From positions 1 to 33,588 of the forward strand of contig JAQGDQ010001588.1 in the NCBI GenBank assembly GCA_030141605.1: a DNA stretch of 33,588 bases, given 5' to 3'. Both the position numbers and the translations under genes were made by a program. The DNA is from Tubiluchus corallicola. Taxonomy: Eukaryota > Animalia > Priapulida. The notes beneath the pieces were generated by a model. That model worked only from the letters and a program-made list of their open reading frames with translations, made no database searches and was not told the DNA's origin. Shown here in pieces: positions 1-11,754 of the stretch; position 1 is the stretch's first letter; every line of letters begins with the position of its first letter.

Positions 1-458
1 GTGGCTTCACACTTTGTTTTGAACCATTTTAGGGAGGTGTGGCTTCACACTTTGTTTTGAACCAGTTTAGGGAGGTGTGGCTTCACACTTTGTTTTGAAC
101 CGGTTTAGGGAGGTGTGGCTTTACACTTTGTTTTGAACCAGTTTAGGGAGGTGTGGCTTCACACTTTGTTTTGAACCAGTTTAGGGAGGTGTGGCTTCAC
201 ACTTTGTTTTGAACCAGTTTAGGCAGGTGTGGCTTTACACTTTGTTTTGAACCAGTTTAGGGAGGTGTGGCTTCACACTTTGTTTTGAACCAGTTTAGGG
301 AGGTGTGGCTTCACACTTTGTTTTGAACCAGTTTAGGCAGGTGTGGCTTCACACTTTGTTTTGAACCAGTTTAGGGAGGTGTGGCTTTACACTTTGTTTT
401 GGAACCGTTTAGAGGTGTGGCTTCACACTTTGTTTTGAACCAGTTTAGGGAGGTGTGG
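1..458 (+). repeat. 38-bp tandem minisatellite, ~12 copies (GTGGCTTCACACTTTGTTTTGAACCAGTTTAGGGAGGT), running off the left edge of the window
   Basis: Unit starts recur every 38 bp (1, 39, 77...). No spacers between units. Confidence 0.97.
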
Positions 459-472
459 TAGTAGTAGTAGTG

Positions 473-546
<74 letters not shown>

Positions 547-571
547 CGTAGTAGTCGTAGTAGTAGTAGCA

Positions 572-640
<69 letters not shown>

Positions 641-646
641 ATCTTG

Positions 647-677
<31 letters not shown>

Positions 678-1539
678 TATTGTTATTATAATTATTAATA
701 ATTTTAACCCATTATAACACTATTATCATTACTATTAGGTTACTGTTATTAGACCTGTTTGTTTTATTTATTATCATCACTGTTAAATTATCATTGTTGT
801 CGTCGAGCACGGTAAGAAGTCAAATAAATACGCACAACTTTAAAGAAAAATGGCAAATGTTCAAAGTGCTTCCTCTCTGGGGTTCGAACCTTTGTGCATT
901 TCATTCATCTCGACTTTCAATAAGCCATTACATTTTGAGCCAGTATAAAACTATTATGTCTTATTTAAATACCAAAATAAAGATAAAATACGGTTTTATT
1001 CTTTGTCTTTTGTTTGAAAGATTAATTTGCAATCAATAACTGACAGTTATTCGTGACATTTCGAGCCAAAAGATAAGTAATAAATAATGTTATTTTAATC
1101 GCCAGTCTGATTATTACGGGACAATCAATTACGGCTTCTTGCACGAGAAACAGTGATCATTTCTCAAGTAATGGCAGATTGTTTGTCCATTTTCAGGTCA
1201 CATTAACTTGATGTTCTTATCTGTGAATTATCGCACTACGTGACTATCGTCTCGGTTTTTCTCTACAGTTGCGCGTCTTCCTCTCAACGAAAAGTGGGTG
1301 GTAAACGCTCATTAATTTGGTGTTCCCCAAGGGTCCATGCTCGGACCCAATTTAGCTAGCTTTGACGTAAACCGGCAGCCGTAGTATCTTATTTTGGTGT
1401 TCCCCAAGGGTCCGTGCTTGGACCGAATTTAGCTAGCTTTGACGTAAACCGGCAACCACAGTATCTTATTTTGGTGTTCCCCAAGGGTGTGTGCTTGGTC
1501 TCACTTTAACTAGCTTTGGCATAAATTGGCTGCGACTGT
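459..1539 (+). repeat. Segment X: (GTA)n/(TAT)n microsatellite plus ~900 bp of unique sequence, a near-identical direct copy of ~5100-6207
   Basis: Constant offset of 4668 over the unique part (ORF 794 vs 5462). Identity ends at GCGACTGT (1539/6207). Substitutions seen at 851/5519 and 948/5616. Confidence 0.95.
1316..1539 (+). repeat. 77-bp tandem repeat (~3 copies) derived from a non-LTR retrotransposon RT motif (FGVPQGSMLGP / GVPQGSVLGP)
   Basis: GGTGTTCCCCAAGGG starts at 1319, 1396 and 1473. The unit translates as FGVPQGS(M/V)LGPNLASFDVNRQP, versus the CR1/L2-type motif GVPQGSVLGPLLFxIYINDLP. Confidence 0.8.
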
Positions 1540-1566
1540 GAGAGATGAGTATATTTTATAGTTCTT

Positions 1567-2089
1567 ACGTAGTGCGATAATTCACAGATAAGAACATCAA
1601 GTATGTGACCTGAATGACAAACAATCGCCATTACTTGAGAATGATCACTGTTTCTCGTGCAAGAAGCCGTAATTGATTGTCCGTAAATCAGACTGGCGAT
1701 TAAAACATTATTTATTACTTATCTTTTGCTCGAAATGTGAATAACTGTCAGTTATTGATTGCAAATTAATCTTTCAAACAAAAGACAAAGAATAAAACCG
1801 TATTTTATCTTTATTTTGGTATTTAAATAAGACATAATAGTTTTATACTGGCTCAAAATGTAATGGCTTATTGAAAGTCGAGATGAATGAAATGCACAAA
1901 GGTTCGAACCCCAGAGAAAGCACTTTGAAATTCATTTTTTCTTTAAAGGCGTATTTATTTGACTTCTTACCGTGCTCGACGACAACAATGATAAAACAGT
2001 AATAAATAAAACAAACAGGTCTAATAACAGTAACCTAATAGTATGATAATATGTATAATGGTAAAATATTAATAATTATAATAACAATA

Positions 2090-2120
<31 letters not shown>

Positions 2121-2126
2121 CAAGAT

Positions 2127-2191
<65 letters not shown>

Positions 2192-2337
2192 ACTGCTACT
2201 ACACACGACTACTTTATACTACTTGCTTACTACTACTACTCTACTTAATATGATACTACTACTTAATAATACTACTACTACTACTACTACTATATATATA
2301 CTTTATTATTTACTAATATATTTACTACTACTACTAC
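1567..2337 (-). repeat. Inverted, indel-degraded copy of ~459-1241 (right arm of the fold-back)
   Basis: ACGTAGTGCGATAATTCACAG at 1567 is the reverse complement of the sequence ending at 1241. Many short deletions relative to the left arm. Confidence 0.93.
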
Positions 2338-2862
2338 CACACCTCCCTAAACTGGTTCAAAACAAAGTGTAAAGCCACACCTCCCTAAACTGGTTCAAAA
2401 CAAAGTGTGAAGCCACACCTCCCTAAACTGGTTCAAAACAAAGTGTGAAGCCACACCTCCCTAAACTGGTTCAAAACAAAGTGTGAAGCCACACCTCCCT
2501 AAACTGGTTCAAAACAAAGTGTAAAGCCACACCTCCCTAAAATGGTTCAAAACAAAGTGTAAAGCCACACCTCCCTAAACTGGTTCAAAACAAAGTGTGA
2601 AGTCACACTTCCCTAAACTGATTCAAAACAAAGTGTGAAGCCACACCTCCCTAAACTGGTTCAAAACAAAGTGTGAAGCCACACCTCCCTAAACTGGTTC
2701 AAAACAAAGTGTGAAGCCACACCTCCCTAAACTGGTTCACAACGAAGTGTGAAGCCACACCTCCCTAAACTGGTTCAAAACAAAGTGTGAAGCCACACCT
2801 CCCTAAACTGGTTCAAAACAAAGTGTGAAGTCACACCTCCCTAAACTGGTTCAAAACAAAGT
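2338..2862 (-). repeat. Same 38-bp minisatellite in reverse orientation, ~14 copies
   Basis: CCACACCTCCCTAAACTGGTTCAAAACAAAGTGTGAAG repeated; reverse complement of the 1-458 unit. Confidence 0.97.
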
Positions 2863-3676
2863 TCCTACTCAAAAGGAGTATCAATGCACCAACCAAATTT
2901 TGTGAAAACGTAGGACCAATTAGACTAATTATTGTGTAAATACATCAATATAACTACTAGACTTGTGGACTTCAACTTCACAAAATGGGTCAAGCTTTTG
3001 TTGTAAACAAACTGCCATAGCTCTCAACCATATTTTCCTACATCAGTGTAACGATTAGGCATTAGAGTATCTGTTCAATTATCTAAATGCTGTCTGCACT
3101 TGAAACGGGAAATTTTAATTCTCTGCGCAGCAGCAGCATGCAGAGTAAGAAGCTGATGATAATCGAACTGCTGACGTTCACTAAAGATGAATGATGTATA
3201 CAGATGAGGAAAGATGGACATTCAAATAGATTCATAGCAATAGAAAAGCAACAGACAGGCAAAACTGACGCATGAAATTCAGATGTCTGTAAAATAGTTC
3301 CAGAAAATGTTAAGCAACAAATTTGTCGTCATCATTACACTCGTCATCGCCATCACCAACACTGCCATCGTCAGGGTTGAGCAGAATACTTGAGTGGGAG
3401 CAGTGTGCTTAACAACCGAAGCTAAACATCACTGAGTGTGGATTGTGAATAGGTAGATTGTGAATTGAGCAGTTTCACCTGGCATATTGCTCCAGTTTCC
3501 AGGGAGGATGAATCAGCAACTGAACATACATGAGATGCTCCTGCAGGTTTAGTGACTCATTTTAGACGGTTTTCCTTGATGATCAGATAAATTCTTGTAC
3601 AGCTACAAACCACGAACATAATAAGTACTGTTGTTTAATGCCCGGTACTACTCAAAGAGTGTCAAAGTGTATGAAA

Positions 3677-3851
3677 CATCATCACATTTATCACCGTCAT
3701 CATCATCATCTTTGTCGTCATCATCATCGTCATTATCGTCAACATCATTACCACCAATCACCGCCACCACCACCATCATCATCGTCGTCGTCGTCGTCAT
3801 CATCATCATCATCATCATCATCAGCTTCATCATCATCATATCATCATCATT
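3677..3851. repeat. Imperfect (CAT)n microsatellite
   Basis: Read directly. Explains the poly-H/S/I ORFs. Confidence 0.9.
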
Positions 3852-4590
3852 GCCATCTCCTTTACAATATTCTTTTCTTTATAGTAGTCGTTCAAACTTA
3901 CCTGTTTTGCACAAATTAGTGACGTATATTAATTCATGCCAGTGCTGCCATCTGTATCAGAACTTCTAACACGATATGTTAAAAAGTTCTCAAGATTTAC
4001 TTTCTCACGTGTTGAATAAATTTTGAGCTGTTAAGCAGTAGTTGAAAAATACAATTTCAGTGCAGATTTTTTGATTTCTGACAGAATCTATAAGTCCAAT
4101 TCCAAGTCTATAAGACCTAGAATTCTAATAAGTCAGAGGTCGAGCGTACACCTGTGATTCCGGCATGATTATGTAAAAGAAGTGGGCGGTAATGATATGC
4201 CGCCTACGATGTTTGCTGCTTGGCTTTTGGTACCTCCATGTTTAGCTTGTTCATCGGTTTGTAATGCAGACACGTGACAGGTGTTGACAAGCAGGTATCT
4301 TTGCGTCGCAGCACACACACACAACATTGTTGATTATTTATGAGATTATATCATATTTATCAATCAATGAACGCAGGTAGCACAGGTAATATTCACCTGT
4401 TTCCAGGACTCTCGTCATCATGTGGACAGTTCAATAAATAAATGAAGCCAGTTTCATTAATGAGAGCAATAATTCAAAGCACAGGTGTAATAATCTCACC
4501 TTGAAATGTCACTCATATTCGTTTTATTATGCAAATTAGAAACAGACAACAACGTGGACTGTTTTAAAATTTTAAATTGTTGAAGTTCAT

Positions 4591-5356
<766 letters not shown>

Positions 5357-6365
5357 TAATTATTAATAATTTTAACCCATTATAACACTATTATCATTAC
5401 TATTAGGTTACTGTTATTAGACCTGTTTGTTTTATTTATTATCATCACTGTTAAATTATCATTGTTGTCGTCGAGCACGGTAAGAAGTCAAATAAATACG
5501 CACAACTTTAAAGAAAAACGGCAAATGTTCAAAGTGCTTCCTCTCTGGGGTTCGAACCTTTGTGCATTTCATTCATCTCGACTTTCAATAAGCCATTACA
5601 TTTTGAGCCAGTATAGAACTATTATGTCTTATTTAAATACCAAAATAAAGATAAAATACGGTTTTATTCTTTGTCTTTTGTTTGAAAGATTAATTTGCAA
5701 TCAATAACTGACAGTTATTCGTGACATTTCGAGCCAAAAGATAAGTAATAAATAATGTTATTTTAATCGCCAGTCTGATTATTACGGGACAATCAATTAC
5801 GGCTTCTTGCACGAGAAACAGTGATCATTTCTCAAGTAATGGCAGATTGTTTGTCCATTTTCAGGTCACATTAACTTGATGTTCTTATCTGTGAATTATC
5901 GCACTACGTGACTATCGTCTCGGTTTTTCTCTACAGTTGCGCGTCTTCCTCTCAACGAAAAGTGGGTGGTAAACGCTCATTAATTTGGTGTTCCCCAAGG
6001 GTCCATGCTCGGACCCAATTTAGCTAGCTTTGACGTAAACCGGCAGCCGTAGTATCTTATTTTGGTGTTCCCCAAGGGTCCGTGCTTGGACCGAATTTAG
6101 CTAGCTTTGACGTAAACCGGCAACCACAGTATCTTATTTTGGTGTTCCCCAAGGGTGTGTGCTTGGTCTCACTTTAACTAGCTTTGGCATAAATTGGCTG
6201 CGACTGTAGCACCTGAGTACATCGGTTTAGAGTTCTTATAATCAGAGGCTATAATAACATGAACAACAACAATAGTAGTACTCATGTTTATTGTGCTTAT
6301 GGTATTATGAAACTTGGTTTAGACAAATTTACTGTTATAGAAAGTAAGCATTCTTTCATTTTTTA

Positions 6366-6367
<2 letters not shown>

Positions 6368-6421
<54 letters not shown>

Positions 6422-6456
6422 CTGCATGCGTGCATGCGTGTGTGTGTGCACGCGTA

Positions 6457-6518
<62 letters not shown>

Positions 6519-6549
6519 CGTGTGCGTGCGTGCGTGCGTGCGTGTGTGT
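6368..6549. repeat. (GT)n microsatellite
   Basis: Read directly. Confidence 0.95.
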
Positions 6550-7111
6550 ATAATGACATGAAATTTAAATTCATGTAAAGTGATATGTAAATGAAATGAG
6601 ATGCGGTGGTCGAAAATCATGTTCCCCAGAATGTAGCCATTTCTTCATCGGATCCTAGACTAAAACATTAAAGTGAAAAACTTTGACAGTGCCATGCAGT
6701 ATATATATTAAAGTTAATACATATTCAGTTTATATACAATTACTAACTTAATATGTGTTTATAGCCCTGCATAATTTTAATTTAATACTCTGCTTGGGGT
6801 GGCTGATGTTTTTCAACCTCCCTTCCCATTTGTTTGATTATCAATTTGATTTTTTTAATTTGTAGCTAATTTTCTACGTATTTTATTGGAATAAAAAATA
6901 AATGATTTGATTTTGATTAGTAATGTTTCTCATTGATCACGTAGTTGTCCAAATGTAAATAACTGAAGTTGTCAGTTTGCCAGTGGGAAAGATGAAAAGC
7001 AGTAATCATGATTCATCGTGAACTGTGCGAAACGTGTCTGAAATATAATTTTCAATAAACAGTCAATATCACGTGGGGCGAGCAATAGTTGAGTGCGCAT
7101 GGCGTGTTTTT

Positions 7112-7178
7112 AACAACTGAAGTTAAGCAACGTTGAACCTGGTCGGTAAATTGATGCTTGGCCACAAGGAAAACTGCT
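7112..7178 (+). mobile_element. Degenerate 5S rRNA-derived fragment, probably an old SINE relic
   Basis: AACTGAAGTTAAGCAACGTTGAACCTGGTCGGTAAATTGATG aligns with 5S box A to box C (ACCGAAGTTAAGCAACGTAGAGCCTGGTTAGTACTTGGATG, as at 13937-13977). Confidence 0.6.
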
Positions 7179-7208
7179 TCTCGTTGGGTTTATCAACCGC
7201 AGCGCCCC

Positions 7209-7211
<3 letters not shown>

Positions 7212-7266
<55 letters not shown>

Positions 7267-7300
7267 GTGCGTGCGTGCGTGCGTGTGTGTGTGTGTGTGT
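7212..7300. repeat. (GT)n microsatellite
   Basis: Read directly. Confidence 0.95.
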
Positions 7301-7593
7301 ACCTGGATGTACTTCTACCAATTCAATGTTACATCCTATTGTAGTTACCAGTAAAGTAACTTAGATACTTGTAACTTGTTATTAACCCGAATTAACAGAC
7401 TTCTCTTATCTTTTCTAGGCAGCTGTGAATCGGACCTTTTACTTCCAAATCTGTTCATCTGTTCACGAAGCCACAGAATTCCGACTGAGTGACATATTAG
7501 TAAATCAATAGCTCAGCCAAGTGGAAATTTGGAAGCTCACTAATGCACCTCACAGTTAGGGGTGACAGTTTAGAGACGCCGCTCTAATCAATT

Positions 7594-7791
7594 ATGGAAA
7601 GCAATGCCAAGAACTCCCCGGACCGGCGCAGGAGCCTGGGACAATTTTCCGGTGGCTCTGCTTTGCTGGAAGCCATCAGTAAGGGAAAGCTCCATTTGGC
7701 CAGATTCATTCTGGACGCTGTTGATAATAACGTTGTAAATGCGAAGGACCTTCACGGGAAAACTCCTCTGATTCGTGCAGTCTATATAAAG
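7594..7791 (+). CDS. ANKRD63: ANKRD63-like ankyrin repeat protein, coding exon 1. The exon probably begins at the acceptor TTTTCTAG|7419 with 5' UTR.
   Basis: MESNAKNSP...LLEAISKGKLHLARFILDAVD...GKTPLIRAVYIK resembles the recalled human ANKRD63 sequence FLEAMQAGKVHLARFVLDALD...GRTPLMVAV. Donor AAG|GTATCC at 7791/7792, phase 0. Confidence 0.88.
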
Positions 7792-7974
7792 GTATCCCCA
7801 ACAATTTATGTCTATCTAATGTGTTTGTATAATCTCAGTTAAGCAGAACCAGCACTAGGTTGCACTGCTTTAGTGCTCCCTCCTCAACAGTCAACCCCTT
7901 TGTCATCTTTGCTACCATTCAGTATTATTAGTTTTGCGTTATTAGCACTATTTTTACAATTACCACTATATAGT

Positions 7975-7977
7975 CAT

Positions 7978-8037
<60 letters not shown>

Positions 8038-8154
8038 AGTCGTCATCGTCATCATCATCTTCATCATCATCTACATCAACGTCATCATCATCATCATCAT
8101 CATTATCACCGCCATCATTATCACCACCACCACCACTATCATCATCTTCATCAA

Positions 8155-8189
<35 letters not shown>

Positions 8190-8290
8190 GCATCAGCATC
8201 AGCATCAGCATTATCATCATCATCGTCATCATCGTCATCATCATCATCATCATCATCGTCGTCGTCGTCATCGTCATCATCATCATCATC
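7975..8290. repeat. (CAT)n microsatellite in the first coding intron
   Basis: Read directly. Explains the poly-His ORF 7873-8406. Confidence 0.93.
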
Positions 8291-8315
8291 TGAAATATTC
8301 TAATTTATATTTCAG

Positions 8316-8490
8316 GAGGCTAAATGTCGAAATAAAGCAGTCGAATTGTTACTCAGCAAAGGTGCTGACGTCAACATTAGAGATGATCTTGGACGAACTG
8401 CACTAAGCTACGCCATTGAACATGGAGCAAATGATATTGTCAAAATACTTGTGAAAAACAATGTTGACCCGGATATTGCTGATAACGAAG
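8316..8490 (+). CDS. ANKRD63: ANKRD63-like coding exon 2 (not in the ORF track)
   Basis: Acceptor TTTCAG|GAG. Translates EAKCRNKAVELLLSKGADVNIRDDLGRTALSYAIEHGANDIVKILVKNNVDPDIADNE(G), i.e. ankyrin repeats. Donor AAG|GTAAAT; 175 nt, phase 0 to 1. Confidence 0.92.
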
Positions 8491-8747
8491 GTAAATAACT
8501 TGTGAAATATAGCGAAATTTTAGGCACTGTAAGAGATAGTTGCTGTTTCCTGTCAATTTGCATTATTAGAAACCTACTTTTGCATAATTTTCTGTACTTT
8601 TTAACAATAGAAAATTAGATAAATGTGCGTCAAGATGGCGCAGGTGCAAACGCGCATTGCGACATGGTTTACCGTTTTACATGTTACTATTTTGTTTATT
8701 TGCCTGAAGAAATTGCTAAGGATTTCAAATTTCTGGCAACAAAAGAC

Positions 8748-9583
8748 TTCAGACGATGTTAAATGGGCAGCTAATGTGCTCTGTTGTGTAAAAAAGGCCC
8801 GCCACCGTCTGGACTTTTTAAGACAACTCAAATCATGTAACATTTCCCCTGCTGTGATGGAGAGTTTTTATCGTGCAGTAATTGAGAGCATCTTAACAAC
8901 ATCCGTTACTGTTTGGTATGGCACTACCACCTTGGGAGATCGCTACGCTCTTGATCAAATCGTTAAACCCGTTTCAAAAATTACAGGAGTTGAACAGCGA
9001 CCTCTTACGCATTTGTACGAAACTAGGGTCACAAAAAGAGCGCAAGTTATCATTAGCGGCGAGGGTTGAGCATCGAACGTTCGAGTTTGAACCTTCGAAT
9101 TCGAACATTCGAATGAGTTTTTTAGTTATAATTTGATTCGAACTTAAAATTATAGGTTCGAATAATTGAGTAGTTGATCCACACATGCTCTTTGTCATTA
9201 AAATGTTTGAAACAGCACGCAATTAGCACAATTAGCTGCAGTTTTACAGCAGAACAAAATCAAGTAACATGCAAGATCTTCGTAAGGCCACTTTTTAATG
9301 GTGGACCGAAAACCTGTTCGAAAATCTTTCAAACTCAATTCGAATTCGGAAATACTCAAATTCGGTTCGATTCGAGTTCGAAAGTCACAAATTCGATTCG
9401 ATTCGAATTCGCTTTCTGGCAGAGAACGCTCATCCCTATTAGTGACGAATGTCATCTAGGCAATTTTTTTGAAATTCTCCCCCTCTGGCCCGTCGATACC
9501 GTTCAATTAACGCAGAAACCACAAGAACTTTAAATTGTTTCTATCCAGTTGCAGTTTGCACTGTCAGTAGTAAATTTCAGTAA
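8748..9583 (+). mobile_element. Rex1/Babar-like LINE 3' remnant (DUF1891-like region) in intron 2, split by a MITE
   Basis: WAANVLCCVKKARHRLDFLRQLK...FYRAVIESILTTSVTVWYG...DRYALDQIVK...LYETRVTKRAQVIIS. Resumes after 9438 with frameshifts: DECH...FEILP-SG-RRYRSINAETTRTLNCFYPVAV. Confidence 0.85.
9061..9438. mobile_element. hAT-like MITE rich in TTCGAA motifs, inserted in the LINE remnant
   Basis: Ends GAGGGTTGAGC...GCTCATCCCTA form an imperfect TIR. 8-bp flanks TTAGCGGC (9053-9060) and TTAGTGAC (9439-9446) match 6/8. LINE reading frame is colinear on both sides. Confidence 0.82.
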
Positions 9584-10911
9584 ATCTCCAGCATTCTCCG
9601 AATCATGCAAATACGTGTAATACATAATAGGGTAAGTGGTGCCATTTACATTGGTATATACATTAGTATAACATATGTTGTTAGTAGCGAATACAACATT
9701 TCATTGATATCGTTAACTGTGAAAGCTTCAATTACATATTCATTATGCAAAGTTCAGAGCAGAATGTACGCTATTATGTCGACAGGTCTATAAGCATAAG
9801 TATGGTGGCTCACGTGTGCTCTAATACGGTTTCTACCGAGTATACTTATACTAGTATGGTTATTTAACACAGCCAATGAGCAAATAACTGGATTAACAGA
9901 TAAATTTATGTTACAATAGAGCTTTAAAATTCGCTTATGGACGAGTATATCTAGAAAGGATATGTATCAGCGATACACAATGTCATGTTTGAATGAGAAT
10001 TTCTAGGCAAGTTTAGGGTTCGTCTTAATGCTTTTCTATGCTCAGTAAATCACGTCGACATATAGACGTCTTAAAACAGGAATTGTATCATTTGTTTGTT
10101 TTTGTTTTATTAAATGCTTTCACAGTTTCACATTACACTGATTTCCATATGATTTTTAATATGTGCAATCCAGTGTTTGGGGGAGGGGGGAAGGGTAGCT
10201 CTGCTCTGACGGTTTTAGTGAAAATCTGCATATAATAGAAATCTGAATTTAGAAATGATATTTAGTGACGTGATGTATTTTGTTTGTTGCTGGTAGTACC
10301 TGAACCACAAAAATTTCACTATGCGAAAAAAGGCTTCAATATATGTAGCAACATAAATTAAACTCCGTTAGTAGCACAAACACTTTATTCTTGATTGTCT
10401 TGTCTATACGCTACGTTGTGACTACTAAACTAAAAACTGAAAAAGCTCAAATCAGTTGAATCAGTGAACCTTGAGCAATGCATAGCAGAAACCAGTCAGG
10501 TGAGAAAATGATTGACTGTAGTCTAACTTGCTGCAAAGTTGTAATGTTGCTAAAGTTTATAAAGTTCATAACAATAATTACCTCGAATACTCAAATTTCA
10601 TTGAACTTCTTATGCTTTACCTAGACTTTAATTCATTATGCGTTAGTCTGTGTGTGTAGAGTGATTTACTAGCGGGATCTTACTTGCGAACAAGAAAAAA
10701 TGAACTAGGTAAAGTTCTAGCTAGCTGTTAAAACGGTTGCTTTTTCAGCAGCATGGCTGAGAGGCACTATCAAGTGTAGACAAATGCGTTGTCTGGTACT
10801 CTTAACCTTTGACCTTTTCACAATCACCGTCAATTACTAGAAGTGTGAAAAGGCTTATTTTAGTTAACTATGTTCACAGTGTCCCATTTAACACAGTTTA
10901 ACAACTTGCAG

Positions 10912-11531
10912 GTAACACACCGCTTATGCACGCCGCCCTGGTGGCAAACGATTCGGCAGTGGAGATCCTCATCAAATGTTTCCGAAGGTTAGGCCTAGAC
11001 GTCGACAAGGAAAACAACACCGGTATGACCCCTCTCCTAATGGCTGCCAGACATGGCCATCTAGAATGTGCAGCATTGCTTGCCCAAGAAGGCAAAGCAT
11101 CGGTGACAAGGAAGGACCGACAAAGAGGAATGACTGCTGAAGAGTGGGCGCGCGAACAGGGATGCACTACGGTTGAGGTGCTTCCCTTTTCACCTGTTCC
11201 TAAAAAATTGAGCAAGTTCTATTGTAACGGCCGGCTGCGGAGTCAAGGTCACTCGATTGACGACAGCACAATACTGGGAGGACCTCTGGCAGACACGATG
11301 CGGCCGCGGTCTCGAACCCTACCCAGACAAGCGAGCCTCCCGGTGAATTCGATTCTTCCAGAGATGCCAGAAGAGGCGGCGGCGGCAGAGGAATTGTTTG
11401 GCGGTTATAACGGTTTTGAGGACATTGAGGATTGTGAGGAGACGTCACATGTTACTTCCGGAACGGTGGATAGTGAGAGCAGCATGCAGAGTACGAGTAA
11501 AATAAAAGTGGAGTTGGCATCAAATGTTTGA
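10912..11531 (+). CDS. ANKRD63: ANKRD63-like coding exon 3 (probably terminal; further splicing not excluded)
   Basis: Acceptor TTGCAG|GT, phase 1, giving GNTPLMHAA...LIKCFRRLGLDVDKENNTGMTPLLMAARHGHLECA; compare recalled human ANKRD63 LVRSFRRLGLRLDRTNRAGLTALQLAAARGHGTC. Spliced CDS is 198+175+620 = 993 nt, 330 aa plus stop. Confidence 0.9.
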
Positions 11532-11754
11532 ACGAACTAATAAAGTCTCTTGTCAAATGTTTCTATTGCATTTGCATGATTGTCACACAAAACCAGGTGC
11601 ATGAAAAGCAAACGTATTGTTTGGCATTGTAATTATTTTAACAAGACACGTATAAATTGGCTGCTGCAGAAAAACCCAAGCAATCTAACTTGTGAAAATT
11701 TTCAAGTGAAGCTAATCTTTCAACTCGCCGTTGTGAAACCATATAATGACATGA

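Noticed and set aside
1-458. 38-bp repeats as a CRISPR array
   Set aside because: Units are head-to-tail with no unique spacers, there are no cas genes, and the context is eukaryotic.
794-1039. Duplicated 81-aa ORF (also 5462-5707), and GGTTCGAACC at ~881-890 as a tRNA
   Set aside because: Non-ATG start and no recognisable domain; identity is explained by the DNA duplication. No cloverleaf surrounds the B-box-like motif.
7873-8406. Poly-His ORF as a metal-binding protein
   Set aside because: It is an intronic (CAT)n tract. The real exon 2 is in another frame starting at 8316.
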